Shown here: piece after piece, positions 52,880 to 62,134 of the stretch
Numbering within the stretch: position 1 is the stretch's first letter
Layout of the letters: each line of letters begins with the position of its first letter
NCBI GenBank assembly: GCA_016191115.1
Contig: JACPPG010000055.1
Location: forward strand, 25,018 to 89,017
Length of the DNA: 64,000 nucleotides
Source of the DNA: Planctomycetia bacterium
GTDB taxonomy: Bacteria > Planctomycetota > Planctomycetia > Pirellulales > JACPPG01
Direction: 5' to 3'
Made by a program: the position numbers and the translations under genes
The notes under the pieces: model-generated
The model's input: the letters and a program-made list of their open reading frames with translations, nothing else
The model's database searches: none
What the model was told of the DNA's origin: nothing

Positions 52880-53019
52880 GGTTTTCGCCGATTCTTGCTG
52901 CACGTCCACGGCCGATTTGTTATCATCCACGGTCGTTGATCGGTTTCGGCCCCGCCTCGCGCCCCAGTCCGGCGCGAGACGCCCGGGTCGATGGCAGACA
53001 GCACGCGGAGACGCTGGCG

Positions 53020-54477
53020 ATGCTCACGATTCTCGGCCGGCCGCAGCGAGTATGCGGCGGCGTGACGCGAAGGCAGGTCCTACAGGCCGGCGGCGCGGGG
53101 CTCTTTGGCATGAGCCTGTCAAAGGTTTGGGCGGCCGAGGCTCAACAAGCCGCGTCCCCACAACGGACCGAGGCCCCCAAGGCGAAGTCCGTCATCTTCC
53201 TGTTCCTGTTCGGCGGGCCCAGCCAGCTTGAGACCTTCGACCTGAAGCCCGACGCGCCCAGCAAGATCCGCGGGCCGTTCAACCCGATCGCCTCGAAGAC
53301 GCCCGGTCTTTTGATCTGCGAACACCTGCCGCGGCTGGCCGCCGTGAGCGACAAGCTGTGCGTCGTCCGCACGATGACGCATCCCTACAACGACCACAGC
53401 ACGGCGGGCCATTACATCCAGACCGGACATCCGTGGCACGTGCCGATCGGCGGCGGCTTCAACGCCACTGAGAAGGATTGGCCGGCGATGGGCTCGGTCG
53501 TCGAGTACGTCGATCAGCATGCCGCGAGCGGCGCCGCGCGCGACATCCCCAGCTACGTCTACCTGCCCAATCGCCTGGGGCACATGGAGACGTACAGCAC
53601 GAAGCTAGACCGGCCGGGCCAGTACGCCGGTTGGCTGGGCCGTGGGTACGACGCGCTGGCGACCGACATCCGCAAGCGCGACGACAAGGACAACCCCTAC
53701 TTCCGCGACTGCACCGACGAGGAACTCGACTACCGCATCAAGGGACTGGCGGCCGACGAGGGCCTGTCGCTCGACCGCTTGAACCGGCGGCGGTCGCTAC
53801 TGGATCAGTTCGACGATCACCGGCGGCGGCTTGACCGCGACGCCTTCGCCACGCCTTACCAGCGATTTCAGGAGCGGGCGTTGTCGCTGGTCACCTCGGA
53901 AAAGACGCGGCAAGCGCTCGACGTGCGACAGGAGCCGGCCGCGATTCGCGATCGCTACGGCCGGCACCTGTTCGGCCAATCGGTGCTACTTGCGCGGCGG
54001 CTGGTCGAGGCCGGCGCGCGATTCGTCACCGTCGGCTGGGACGCGGTCGACGGCTATAGCTGGGATTCGCACGTGCACAGCGACGACGTGCAGAAGTACC
54101 TGTTGCCCGGCCTCGATTCGGCGCTGGGGGCGCTTGTGACCGATCTCGATGACCGCGGACTGTTGGACGAAACGCTCGTGGTGTGCGTTGGGGAGATGGG
54201 ACGCACCCCGGCCGCGACGCCCAAGTGGGGGCGCGGGCATTGGAGCACGCTCTTTCCCGCGGTGCTCGCCGGCGGCGGCATCCGGGGCGGCATCGTCTAC
54301 GGCCGATCCGATCGCGACGCCGCGCTCCCGCAATCGCATCCGACCAGCCCCGAGGAACTGGCCGCGACGATCTTCCACGCCATGGGAATCGACCCGGGAA
54401 TGCGGGTTCCCGACGCGCAAGGCCGGCCCACGCCCCTATTGGACACGGGCGCGCCGGTTTACGATCTATTCGGCTGA
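53020..54477 (+). CDS. DUF1501 protein
   Basis: Start at ATG 53020 (TRRQVLQAGGAGLFGMSL signal). ...VIFLFLFGGPSQLETFDLKPDAP..., VGEMGRTP, GRGHW. Confidence 0.9.
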   Translation: MLTILGRPQRVCGGVTRRQVLQAGGAGLFGMSLSKVWAAEAQQAASPQRTEAPKAKSVIFLFLFGGPSQLETFDLKPDAPSKIRGPFNPIASKTPGLLICEHLPRLAAVSDKLCVVRTMTHPYNDHSTAGHYIQTGHPWHVPIGGGFNATEKDWPAMGSVVEYVDQHAASGAARDIPSYVYLPNRLGHMETYSTKLDRPGQYAGWLGRGYDALATDIRKRDDKDNPYFRDCTDEELDYRIKGLAADEGLSLDRLNRRRSLLDQFDDHRRRLDRDAFATPYQRFQERALSLVTSEKTRQALDVRQEPAAIRDRYGRHLFGQSVLLARRLVEAGARFVTVGWDAVDGYSWDSHVHSDDVQKYLLPGLDSALGALVTDLDDRGLLDETLVVCVGEMGRTPAATPKWGRGHWSTLFPAVLAGGGIRGGIVYGRSDRDAALPQSHPTSPEELAATIFHAMGIDPGMRVPDAQGRPTPLLDTGAPVYDLFG

Positions 54478-54577
54478 TGCCGGTCTAGACTACCGGGCAA
54501 GAAGTAGGGTGCGCTAAGCGCACCGGAATTACGCGCGTCTTGGTCCCGGTGCTCGCAGAGCACCCTACACGGTCCGC

Positions 54578-54734
54578 CAGGGCCATTCTGTTTTTCAAAA
54601 TGGCGAGGCGGGAAAATGGGACTGGCTCCGAGCATAAACAGCGCAAGCCCTTTCAGACGAACGTTGCGTCTCGGTGCCTGTCCCACTTTCCCGCCGGTGC
54701 GCCGCCGGCAAGCTTAAATCTGTGAAAGGCCCTA
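54578..54734 (-). mobile_element. MITE-like element copy 5 (157 bp, inverted orientation)
   Basis: CAGGGCCATTC...GAAAGGCCCTA. Perfect 10-bp flanking repeat CACGGTCCGC (54568-54577 and 54735-54744). Confidence 0.85.
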
Positions 54735-54818
54735 CACGGTCCGCCGCGGTCGTTGACTGCAAAACGCCTGCGGCCGAAGATAGTTCCCATACGTTTCCTC
54801 CCGCCGGAATCCGCCTCG

Positions 54819-57800
54819 ATGCACGTCCCCCTCCCCGCCATCCTGTTCGCAATTGCCGCGTCAGCCACGCTCGGCTTGCGCGCCGCGGAGCCGGATGCGA
54901 AGGGCGTCGAGTTCTTCGAGAAGGAGGTGCGGCCGGTGCTGGTCGCCCGCTGTTACAAGTGCCACGCCCAGGACGCCGAGAAGCTGCGCGGCGGCCTGCT
55001 TTTGGACAGCCGCCAGGGCTGGACCACCGGCGGCGACTCAGGGCCGGCGATCGTGCCGGGCGATCCCGACGCCAGTCTCATCATCCAGGCGATCCGCTAC
55101 GACGGCGACGTGCAGATGCCACCCGACGGCAAGCTCGCGGAGAAGGACATCGCGGCACTCGTCGAGTGGGTGAAGCTCGGCGCGCCTGACCCGCGCGACG
55201 GCAAGCAGGGCAAGGAGGCCAAGCCAGCGCGCAAGGCGATCGACATCGAAGCGGGCCGCAAGCACTGGGCGTTTCAGCCGCTGGTGGCCGCCGCCCCGCC
55301 CGACGTCGCCGATGCGTGGTGCCGGACGCCGGTCGACCGGTTCATCATCGCCCAACTGGGCGCAGCGAAGATCGCTCCCAACCCAGCGGCCGATCCGCGC
55401 CGGCTGGTGCGCCGCGCCTACCTGGATCTGCTGGGTCTACCGCCGACGCCTGACGAGGTCGAGGCGTTCGTCGCCGATGCGTCGCCCGACGCCTGGGAGC
55501 GGCTCGTGGATCGGCTGCTCGCCAGCCCGCACTACGGCGAACGTTGGGCCCGGCACTGGCTCGACCTGGCGCGGTTCGCCGAAAGCCACGGCTTCGAGCA
55601 CGACTACGATCGGCCGACGGCCTACCACTATCGCGACTTCGTGATCAAAGCCCTCAACCAGGACCTGCCGTACGACACGTTCGTCCGCTGGCAGATCGCC
55701 GGCGACGAGTACGAGCCGGAGACCCCGCTCGCGCTTGCGGCCACGGGCTACCTGGCAGCCGGCGTACACAGCACGCAGATCACCAAGAACCAGGTCGAGA
55801 AGGAGCGCTACGACGAGCTGGACGACATCACGGCCACGATCGGCACGTCGCTCTTGGGGCTGACGATCGGCTGCGCCCGTTGCCACGACCATAAATACGA
55901 TCCAATTCCCACGAACGATTACTACCGGCTGCTTTCCACGTTCACCACCGCGGTCCGCAGCGAGATCGAGCTGAATCTAGACCGGGCGAACTACGAAGCG
56001 GCCGTGGCGGTGCACGAGCGCGACCACGCGCCGCTCGTCCAGACGCTTGCCCAGTACGAAGCCGAGCAACTGCCCGCGAAGTTCGACGCGTGGTTGGCGA
56101 GCCGGACAGGGCCGCCCCCAGCCGCCACATGGCAGATTCTCGACGTGGCGGAGGCCAAATCTGATGCGGGCGCGACACTCGCGCGGCTCGACGACGGCTC
56201 TTTCTTGGCCACAAGCAAGAACGCGGAATCGGACGCCTACACCTTCACCTGCCGCACGCATCAAACCGGCATCACGGCGGTGCGGCTCGAGGCCCTGGCC
56301 CACGAGTCGCTGCCCAAGCACGGCCCCGGCCGGGCGGACAACGGCAACTTCGCCCTATCGGACATCCGCGTGACCGCCGCGCCCTTGGCCGGTGGCGAGG
56401 CCGTGCCGGTGAAGATCGCCGCCGCGCGGGCCACCTTCGAGCAGAAGAAGCTGCCGGTTGCCGCCGCCTTCGACGACGATCCAAAATCCGCCTGGGCCGT
56501 CGATGGGCAAGTCGGCAAGGACCACGCCGCCGTGTTCGAGTTCGCTTCGCCCGTCGGGTTTGAGTCGGGCACGGCGCTCTCGATCACGTTAAAGTTCGCG
56601 ACCAATGCCGGGCACGCGATCGGCCGCCCGCGATTGGCGATCTCGACCGCCGCGCCGCCGGCACCCCTCGACGGTGACGCGGCGCCGCAAAACGCCGCTG
56701 AGATCGAGGCGATTGTCGCCCGCGCCGCCGGCCAGCCCAAGGCCGAAGATCGCCCGGCGCTAGTGGCCTGGTACCGCCCGCTCGACCCTGGCTGGCGCGA
56801 GCTGGACGCCAAAGTGCGCGACGACGCCAGAGCCGCGCCGCAGCCGACGTTGACCAAGGTCCTGATCACAAGCGAGGGGCTGCCTGCCGTCCGCCTGCAC
56901 ACGCAGGGGGACGATTTCTTGAAAGACACGCACTTCCTCGAACGCGGCGATCCGAATCGCAAAAAAGACGTCGCCACGCAGGGCTTCCTGCAAGTCCTCA
57001 TGACCGCGCCGGACGCGGAGAAGATATGGCAGACGCCGCCGCCCGATGGCTGGCGCACCTCCTACCGCCGCCGTGCCCTGGCCGAATGGGTCACCGACAC
57101 GAAATGCGGGGCCGGGCACCTCTTGGCGCGAGTCATCGTCAATCGGCTGTGGCAGCACCATCTGGGCCGCGGCATCGTCGCCACGCCCAGCGATTTTGGC
57201 ACGCAGGGGGACCGGCCCACGCACCCGGAATTGCTCGACTACCTGGCCGGCGAGCTGGTGCGCGAGGGCTGGCGGCTGAAGCCGATCCATCGCCTGATCA
57301 TGGCCAGCGCCGTCTACCGCGAAGGCTCGCCGACGGACGAAGCCCGCGCCAAGATCGATCCCGACAACAAGCTCTTGTGGCGCCACGTGCCGAAACGGTT
57401 GGAGTCCGAGGCGATCCGCGACTCGATGCTGGCCGCGGCGGGCATGCTGGACGAGACAATGTTCGGGCCCGGCACGCTCGACGAGGCGAGCAAGCGGCGG
57501 AGTATTTACTTCACCGTCAAGCGGAGCAAGCTGCTGCCGATGATGGTGCTCTTCGACGCGCCCGACGCCCTGCAGGGGATCGGCCAGCGGAGCACGACGA
57601 CGATCGCCCCGCAGGCGCTGCTGCTGTTGAACAACAAGCTCGTGCGGGAAGCAGCCCGCGGCTGCGCGGCCCGGGTGGCTGGTGCCTCGGAAGCGTCGCC
57701 GTCGGACTCCGTGCGTCAGGCGTACGCGCTATTGTTTTCGCGCCCCCCGACCGACGACGAGCTGTCCGACGGTTGCGCGTTCCTGGACGAGCAAACCCGC

Positions 57801-57899
57801 CTCTACGCCACCGAACCTCACGCCGAAAGCCGTCAACAGGCCCTGGCCGACTTCTGCCAGGCGCTTTTGAGCCTGAATGAGTTCGTGTACGTGGAGTGA
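54819..57899 (+). CDS. PSCyt1 (cytochrome-c-like) + DUF1549 + DUF1553 protein
   Basis: Start at ATG 54819 (signal MHVPLPAILFAIAASATLGLRA). FFEKEVRPVLVARCYKCHAQDAEKLRGGLLLDS (CxxCH). VDRFIIAQL...LPPTPDEVEAFV...SPHYGERWARHWLDLARFAESHGFE. CARCHDHKYDPI. C-terminal LLSLNEFVYVE. Confidence 0.9.
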   Translation: MHVPLPAILFAIAASATLGLRAAEPDAKGVEFFEKEVRPVLVARCYKCHAQDAEKLRGGLLLDSRQGWTTGGDSGPAIVPGDPDASLIIQAIRYDGDVQMPPDGKLAEKDIAALVEWVKLGAPDPRDGKQGKEAKPARKAIDIEAGRKHWAFQPLVAAAPPDVADAWCRTPVDRFIIAQLGAAKIAPNPAADPRRLVRRAYLDLLGLPPTPDEVEAFVADASPDAWERLVDRLLASPHYGERWARHWLDLARFAESHGFEHDYDRPTAYHYRDFVIKALNQDLPYDTFVRWQIAGDEYEPETPLALAATGYLAAGVHSTQITKNQVEKERYDELDDITATIGTSLLGLTIGCARCHDHKYDPIPTNDYYRLLSTFTTAVRSEIELNLDRANYEAAVAVHERDHAPLVQTLAQYEAEQLPAKFDAWLASRTGPPPAATWQILDVAEAKSDAGATLARLDDGSFLATSKNAESDAYTFTCRTHQTGITAVRLEALAHESLPKHGPGRADNGNFALSDIRVTAAPLAGGEAVPVKIAAARATFEQKKLPVAAAFDDDPKSAWAVDGQVGKDHAAVFEFASPVGFESGTALSITLKFATNAGHAIGRPRLAISTAAPPAPLDGDAAPQNAAEIEAIVARAAGQPKAEDRPALVAWYRPLDPGWRELDAKVRDDARAAPQPTLTKVLITSEGLPAVRLHTQGDDFLKDTHFLERGDPNRKKDVATQGFLQVLMTAPDAEKIWQTPPPDGWRTSYRRRALAEWVTDTKCGAGHLLARVIVNRLWQHHLGRGIVATPSDFGTQGDRPTHPELLDYLAGELVREGWRLKPIHRLIMASAVYREGSPTDEARAKIDPDNKLLWRHVPKRLESEAIRDSMLAAAGMLDETMFGPGTLDEASKRRSIYFTVKRSKLLPMMVLFDAPDALQGIGQRSTTTIAPQALLLLNNKLVREAARGCAARVAGASEASPSDSVRQAYALLFSRPPTDDELSDGCAFLDEQTRLYATEPHAESRQQALADFCQALLSLNEFVYVE

Positions 57900-58467
57900 G
57901 GAACGGGCGGGCCGCATCGCTTGCCCCGCGCCTACGCGCCCCCACGGCTCGCGAAAGATCGCCGAGCCACCACGATGCCTGCGAGAAGCAGCATCACGCC
58001 CATCGCCAGCAACAATATCCACGTGACGCCGCTGTCCGGCGATTCGAGACCCGTCTTCACGCCGTACGCGGCCATCGTGAGCTCACTCTTTGGAATGGCA
58101 CGGTGCTCGTACTTGGTAAATTCATGGGACTCGGCAGCGGCCTGGCGGCCGCCCGGGTGCTCGATCGCAAAGGTGGCTCATTGCGGCAGCGCGTCGCTAC
58201 CGTCCCTATACTCGGTTGATACAGTCATCGTGGCGCTTTCGCCGTTCGGGCTGTGGAGCTGCGCCTCGCGGCCTTTGACGCACCATCGCCGTGCAGGGTC
58301 GAGGAGCAACCATCCTCGGCGCAGGTAAATCGGATCGCTGGCGTTTTGAGGAGCGTACGAAAAAAACAACTTGGCGAGCGTATTTTCGCCTTCTTGCAGG
58401 CACACCTTCCAGGGCAAGAACCGGAACAGACCTTCTCAGGGGGGCTTCGTGGCCGTGGGCGAGAGGG

Positions 58468-58534
58468 CGGGAGGGCGAGGCTCCCGCCGAGCCGACAAAA
58501 CCGCGCGACGGCTCGGCGGGAGCCTCGCCCTCCC
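58468..58534. repeat. REP-like GC palindrome, copy 2
   Basis: CGGGAGGGCGAGGCTCCCGCCGAGCCG (58468-58494) and CGGCTCGGCGGGAGCCTCGCCCTCCC (58509-58534), with a 14-nt spacer. The left arm is identical to the left arm at 52282. Confidence 0.85.
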
Positions 58535-58621
58535 AGCTTTTCATTGCCAGCACGAATCCCGCCCGGTTATCATTTCCAGTGGCGTATTTACAGTCGGAAA
58601 GGGCAGCACAGGGCAAGAGGC

Positions 58622-59779
58622 ATGGGCATCTCGCGCTTGGCTGGATATTCCGTCGCCGTCCCGTTGTTGGTCGCCAGCTTCGCCGCTCCCGCGTTCTTGC
58701 CGGCTGCCGAGCCGGCGCCGGCGCAAGCGATCTTGGATACCGGCTGGGCGTCGCCGACCGAAGCCTTCGAGAGGGCCCGCGAGCAGTACGAAGCCTTGAA
58801 GCCCGCCTCGCGCGACGTTCGCGCCGCGTACGCGATGACGCTCGTGGCCATCCGCCACCACCGCGCCCGCGACGCGCGCCAGTACATTGACGCGGCACTC
58901 GCCGCCAGGCCGAACAATCTGCACCTGCGACAGGCGCGACTGTGGATCATGGCCTGGGGCAAAGATGTCAAAGGGACGCTCGCCGAATTGCCGGCGATCG
59001 CCAAGGACCTGACGACGGTCGCGCACGAGGCCGACGAAAAGGCGGCGGCCGAACACGACCAGGAAGCGCGCACGTTGGGCGAGATCGTCGCGTTTCTCGC
59101 CGGGCCGGCCGACTCGCGCATGCCCGAGGCGCAGCTCGCGGCCGTCGAAGAAAAAATCCGCGGGCAGCTTCGCCCACGAGCCCTCGAAGCGTTCTCGGCC
59201 GGCCACGATGCGGTGACGGAACGGTATAAAACGCTCGACGAGCAATGGAAGAAGGCCCGCGCCGACCTGGCAGCCACCAAACAAGTCGATCGGGACCTGG
59301 CCCGTGAGAAACGCACGCGCCAGCGCGGTCAACTGGCCAAGGCGGCCGATCAGGGAGTGCCCGCCGCCTACCGTCAAAAGGTGCAAGAGCTGCAGACGAA
59401 ACGCAACCGTTTGCAAGCGGAGCTGACCAACCTGCCGGTCGTGCTCGAAGGTCAGCCCAACAACCTCCGGGACCGCAATCACCAGAGGCGGGAGCACCTC
59501 ACGAAGGAAATCGGTCGGGTCGACGTCGACCTGGCCAACCTGCCGGCCCAAGCCGAGCAGGCGCTCTCACGACTCGGCGCCGCGGATGATCACGCCGCCC
59601 GGCGGATCGCCCGGCTCGACAAGCTTTCCGAGAAGGCCGCGGACGACAAGGCGGACGACGACGCCAAGACGCTCGCCATGCGAGCCAAGATCGTCATGCT
59701 CGCGACGTACTGCGAATTCCCGCTCGAAGCGGAGCGCGAGCGGCTGCTGAAGACGGTCGCGGGTTCGGTGCCCAAGTAG
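58622..59779 (+). CDS. secreted helical (TPR-like/coiled-coil) hypothetical protein
   Basis: Start at ATG 58622 (signal MGISRLAGYSVAVPLLVASFAAPAFLPAAEP). Helical repeats and a charged coiled-coil segment (KARADLAATKQVDRDLAREKRTRQRGQLAKAADQ...). Confidence 0.5.
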   Translation: MGISRLAGYSVAVPLLVASFAAPAFLPAAEPAPAQAILDTGWASPTEAFERAREQYEALKPASRDVRAAYAMTLVAIRHHRARDARQYIDAALAARPNNLHLRQARLWIMAWGKDVKGTLAELPAIAKDLTTVAHEADEKAAAEHDQEARTLGEIVAFLAGPADSRMPEAQLAAVEEKIRGQLRPRALEAFSAGHDAVTERYKTLDEQWKKARADLAATKQVDRDLAREKRTRQRGQLAKAADQGVPAAYRQKVQELQTKRNRLQAELTNLPVVLEGQPNNLRDRNHQRREHLTKEIGRVDVDLANLPAQAEQALSRLGAADDHAARRIARLDKLSEKAADDKADDDAKTLAMRAKIVMLATYCEFPLEAERERLLKTVAGSVPK

Positions 59780-59821
59780 GCATGGCGCCATACATTCGTG
59801 CGGATACGAATGTCTCATGCC
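59779..59821. terminator. hairpin between convergent genes
   Basis: ACATTCGT-GCGGAT-ACGAATGT (59792-59813), extended by GGCATG/CATGCC (59779-59784 and 59816-59821). Confidence 0.4.
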
Positions 59822-60067
59822 AGCCAATCTGCGACCCGCAGCTTCGGCACGCGCTGGAAGTGGCTCAAGTCGTGCGTGACGAGGGTCAGGTCGTGCACGA
59901 TTGCGGTGGCTGCGATGAGCAGATCGAACCCAGGCACCGTGATCCCGGCCTCGGCGACGACAATCCGCGAGGTGTGGAGACGACCCGTGCTGCACGAATC
60001 TCGCGAACAGGCGCCGCCGATCCTTCAAGTGCGCCGAGCAGATGTTCGTGTCGAGCAGAAAGCTCAC
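59815..60067 (-). pseudogene. degraded PIN-domain toxin (VapC-like)
   Basis: GTG start. The N-terminus MSFLLDTNICSAHLKDRRRLFARFVQH is a typical PIN opening with the first acidic residue. After a 1-nt frame change the sequence reads TGRLHTSRIVVAE and then jumps directly to AGITVPGFDLLIAATAIVHDLTLVTHDLSHFQRVPKLRVADWLA*. Total length is ~84 codons versus ~130 for intact VapC. Confidence 0.6.
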
Positions 60068-60351
60068 CGCGCATGGCCTTCGGGATGGCGAATCTCATCT
60101 AGCTCGCGCAGTGTCTGGTCCAGCGTTTCATCCTCGTCTGCCAGCGCCCCCGCGGAGCGACGAATGCCTTCCCCCGGAATCAGCCAGCGGGCGACGCGCT
60201 CGACGCGCAGCTCGATGCCAATCGCGTCGCTCAGTTGTTCCACGTTGCCGCGCAATAGATCGGCGCTGACGCGCTTCGCAACGCTCTCATCGAAGCCACG
60301 CGAGATAAGGTCGGGCGCTGTCAATTTGCACAAGTCGAGCTTGTCGAACAC
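60064..60351 (-). CDS. putative cognate antitoxin-like protein
   Basis: 95-aa ORF whose stop overlaps the PIN start by 4 nt (GTGA). Acidic C-terminus ...ADEDETLDQTLRELDEIRH. No family recognised. Confidence 0.35.
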   Translation of the reverse strand: MFDKLDLCKLTAPDLISRGFDESVAKRVSADLLRGNVEQLSDAIGIELRVERVARWLIPGEGIRRSAGALADEDETLDQTLRELDEIRHPEGHAR

Positions 60352-60390
60352 GTTGAGGACAAACGGAGCGCCGCAGGTGGGCCGTCGCTT

Positions 60391-60536
60391 CAGGGCCGTT
60401 CACAGATTCAAGCTGGACGGCGGCGCACCGGCGGGAAAGTGGGACAGGCACCGAGACGCAGCGTTGGTATGAAAGGGCTTGCGCTGTTTGTGCTCGGAGC
60501 CAGTCCCATTTTCCCGCCTCGCCATTTTGAAAAACA
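60391..60536 (+). mobile_element. MITE-like element copy 6 (right end truncated)
   Basis: Starts CAGGGCCGTTCACAGATTCAAGCTGGACGGCGG... and matches the family through ...CGCCATTTTGAAAAACA. It then diverges (TCTAGCG), so the right TIR and the second TSD copy are missing. Confidence 0.75.
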
Positions 60537-60691
60537 TCTAGCGTGAAGGCAGTGTCCGAGACTACCGCACAATGACCGGGCTTCAAGCGGGCCGCTGTCC
60601 CGTCCGTTGCTCGGCGAACTGTTAGCGCGGGACCAGCGCAATGTCCGCCCTCACCCCGGCCTTCTCCCGTCGAGGGAGAGGGAGACACGGC

Positions 60692-62134
60692 TCAGCCAAA
60701 GGTTTCCATCGCGTCAAAGAGCCACGGCTGCGTCCAGGGGTTCCACGTCGGGTAGCTCGCGGACAGGACCGACAGGCACAGAAGTATGGCCGCCAGAATC
60801 TGCGTCCAGCGGCGGCGGCCGGCCGCGTCGGCGGCGGGCAACATCGCCAACAGCCACACGGGCGCCATCCAAAACGCCCAGCGGAAGCCGCTCGCCATGC
60901 CGCCGTAGTTCCGATCGTCGAGCGGTCGAAAGATGTAGAACGCTATGCACGCGACCGAGACCGCCAGGATCAGCCAGCCCCACACGCGCAAGCCACGGTC
61001 CTGGGCCGCGCACAGCATGCCCAGGCCCACCACGCTTAACAGCCACACCGGCGTAAGTGAAAAAATGCCGTGGTGGCCGAATAACACGTGCCACGCATAG
61101 CGCGGCACCGATTCCTCGCCCTGGTCGATCTTGCTGCGTGCCTCGCGGTCGGCCCAGTAGCTGGTGCGCTCCTTGCCGTCGCGGACGTACTTGAAATCGT
61201 ACCAGTTGTCGCCCGGCTGCCGGTGGGCGTAGGGGGGCCGCCACGAGTGATGCGCGGCGTAGTTCGTCCCGAGCGCGGCCGCGGCCACAACCAGGCTGGC
61301 CGGCACGTAGGCCAACAGCGTCTTGCGCGGCGCCTTCCACGCGAGCAGTGCCGTTAGCGCCGCGAAGAGCGACAGCGCCGGCAGCTCGTCCGAGGCCGTC
61401 AGCGCGGCGAAAAACCCAGCCACGGCAAAGAATCGCAGCCGCCGCTCGCCGTCGAGCGTGATCCGCATGCATGCGCACAGAGCGACGAGCGCCGTCACGG
61501 CGGCTGGCAGGTGGTTGTTGATCGACACCGCGAAGGTAGTCAGGAACGTGCCCAGGGTCGCGCAGGCCATCGTGAAGATGCGTCCCCAATCGGTCGTGCC
61601 GATCCGTTCGGCGACGCAGCCCCAAAGTACGAAATACACCACAAGCGGCAGCACGTTGAAGGTAACCAACATCACGCGGCCAATCGTGTACGGGTGCGTC
61701 GCGAGCGTCCAACCGGTGAGCTTGTGAATCAGCCAATACTCGCCCGCCATGAACGTGGATAGGAGCGGCGGTTTGCTCGAATAGAGGTGCCCCTCGTCCA
61801 CCACCGCCGGCGCCTCGCGCCCCAGCTCGTCGTGCTTGACCATGTCGATCGTGTCCCAGCCCGGCTGGGCGACGATCTCATCGATGGCGAAGGTGCCGTG
61901 CTCGACCAGCGCCCGGGCGGTGGCCCAGCGGCTGCGGTCGTTAGCGCTCAGAAAGGGGCGCGACTTGTGCCAATCCTTGCGGCCCTGCTGCTTCAGATGC
62001 TGCTCGAGACGCAGGTAATCGACCGAGTTGACCGCCATGATCCGGCCCAGCATTCCGCCCGTGGCGATCGCGATGAGGATCGTGTAGATGCCCCAGCGGA
62101 GCCGGGCCGAGCCGTCAGGAGGCGCTTCGTTCAT
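60692..62134 (-). CDS. polytopic membrane protein, possible GT-C-type glycosyltransferase
   Basis: 480 aa with ~11 hydrophobic helices and a long first loop (…SANDRSRWATARALVEHGTFAIDE…). Overlaps the upstream GT2 gene by 20 nt. The assignment rests mainly on context. Confidence 0.5.
   Translation of the reverse strand: MNEAPPDGSARLRWGIYTILIAIATGGMLGRIMAVNSVDYLRLEQHLKQQGRKDWHKSRPFLSANDRSRWATARALVEHGTFAIDEIVAQPGWDTIDMVKHDELGREAPAVVDEGHLYSSKPPLLSTFMAGEYWLIHKLTGWTLATHPYTIGRVMLVTFNVLPLVVYFVLWGCVAERIGTTDWGRIFTMACATLGTFLTTFAVSINNHLPAAVTALVALCACMRITLDGERRLRFFAVAGFFAALTASDELPALSLFAALTALLAWKAPRKTLLAYVPASLVVAAAALGTNYAAHHSWRPPYAHRQPGDNWYDFKYVRDGKERTSYWADREARSKIDQGEESVPRYAWHVLFGHHGIFSLTPVWLLSVVGLGMLCAAQDRGLRVWGWLILAVSVACIAFYIFRPLDDRNYGGMASGFRWAFWMAPVWLLAMLPAADAAGRRRWTQILAAILLCLSVLSASYPTWNPWTQPWLFDAMETFG

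Noticed and set aside
57932-58075. 47-codon minus-strand ORF (MAAYGVKTGLESPDSGVTWILLLAMGVMLLLAGIVVARRSFASRGGA) resembling a C-terminal membrane anchor
   Set aside because: Very short, with no ribosome-binding site. The upstream in-frame sequence lacks a start. It may be the remnant tail of a lost sorting-signal protein, and the evidence is insufficient to call it.
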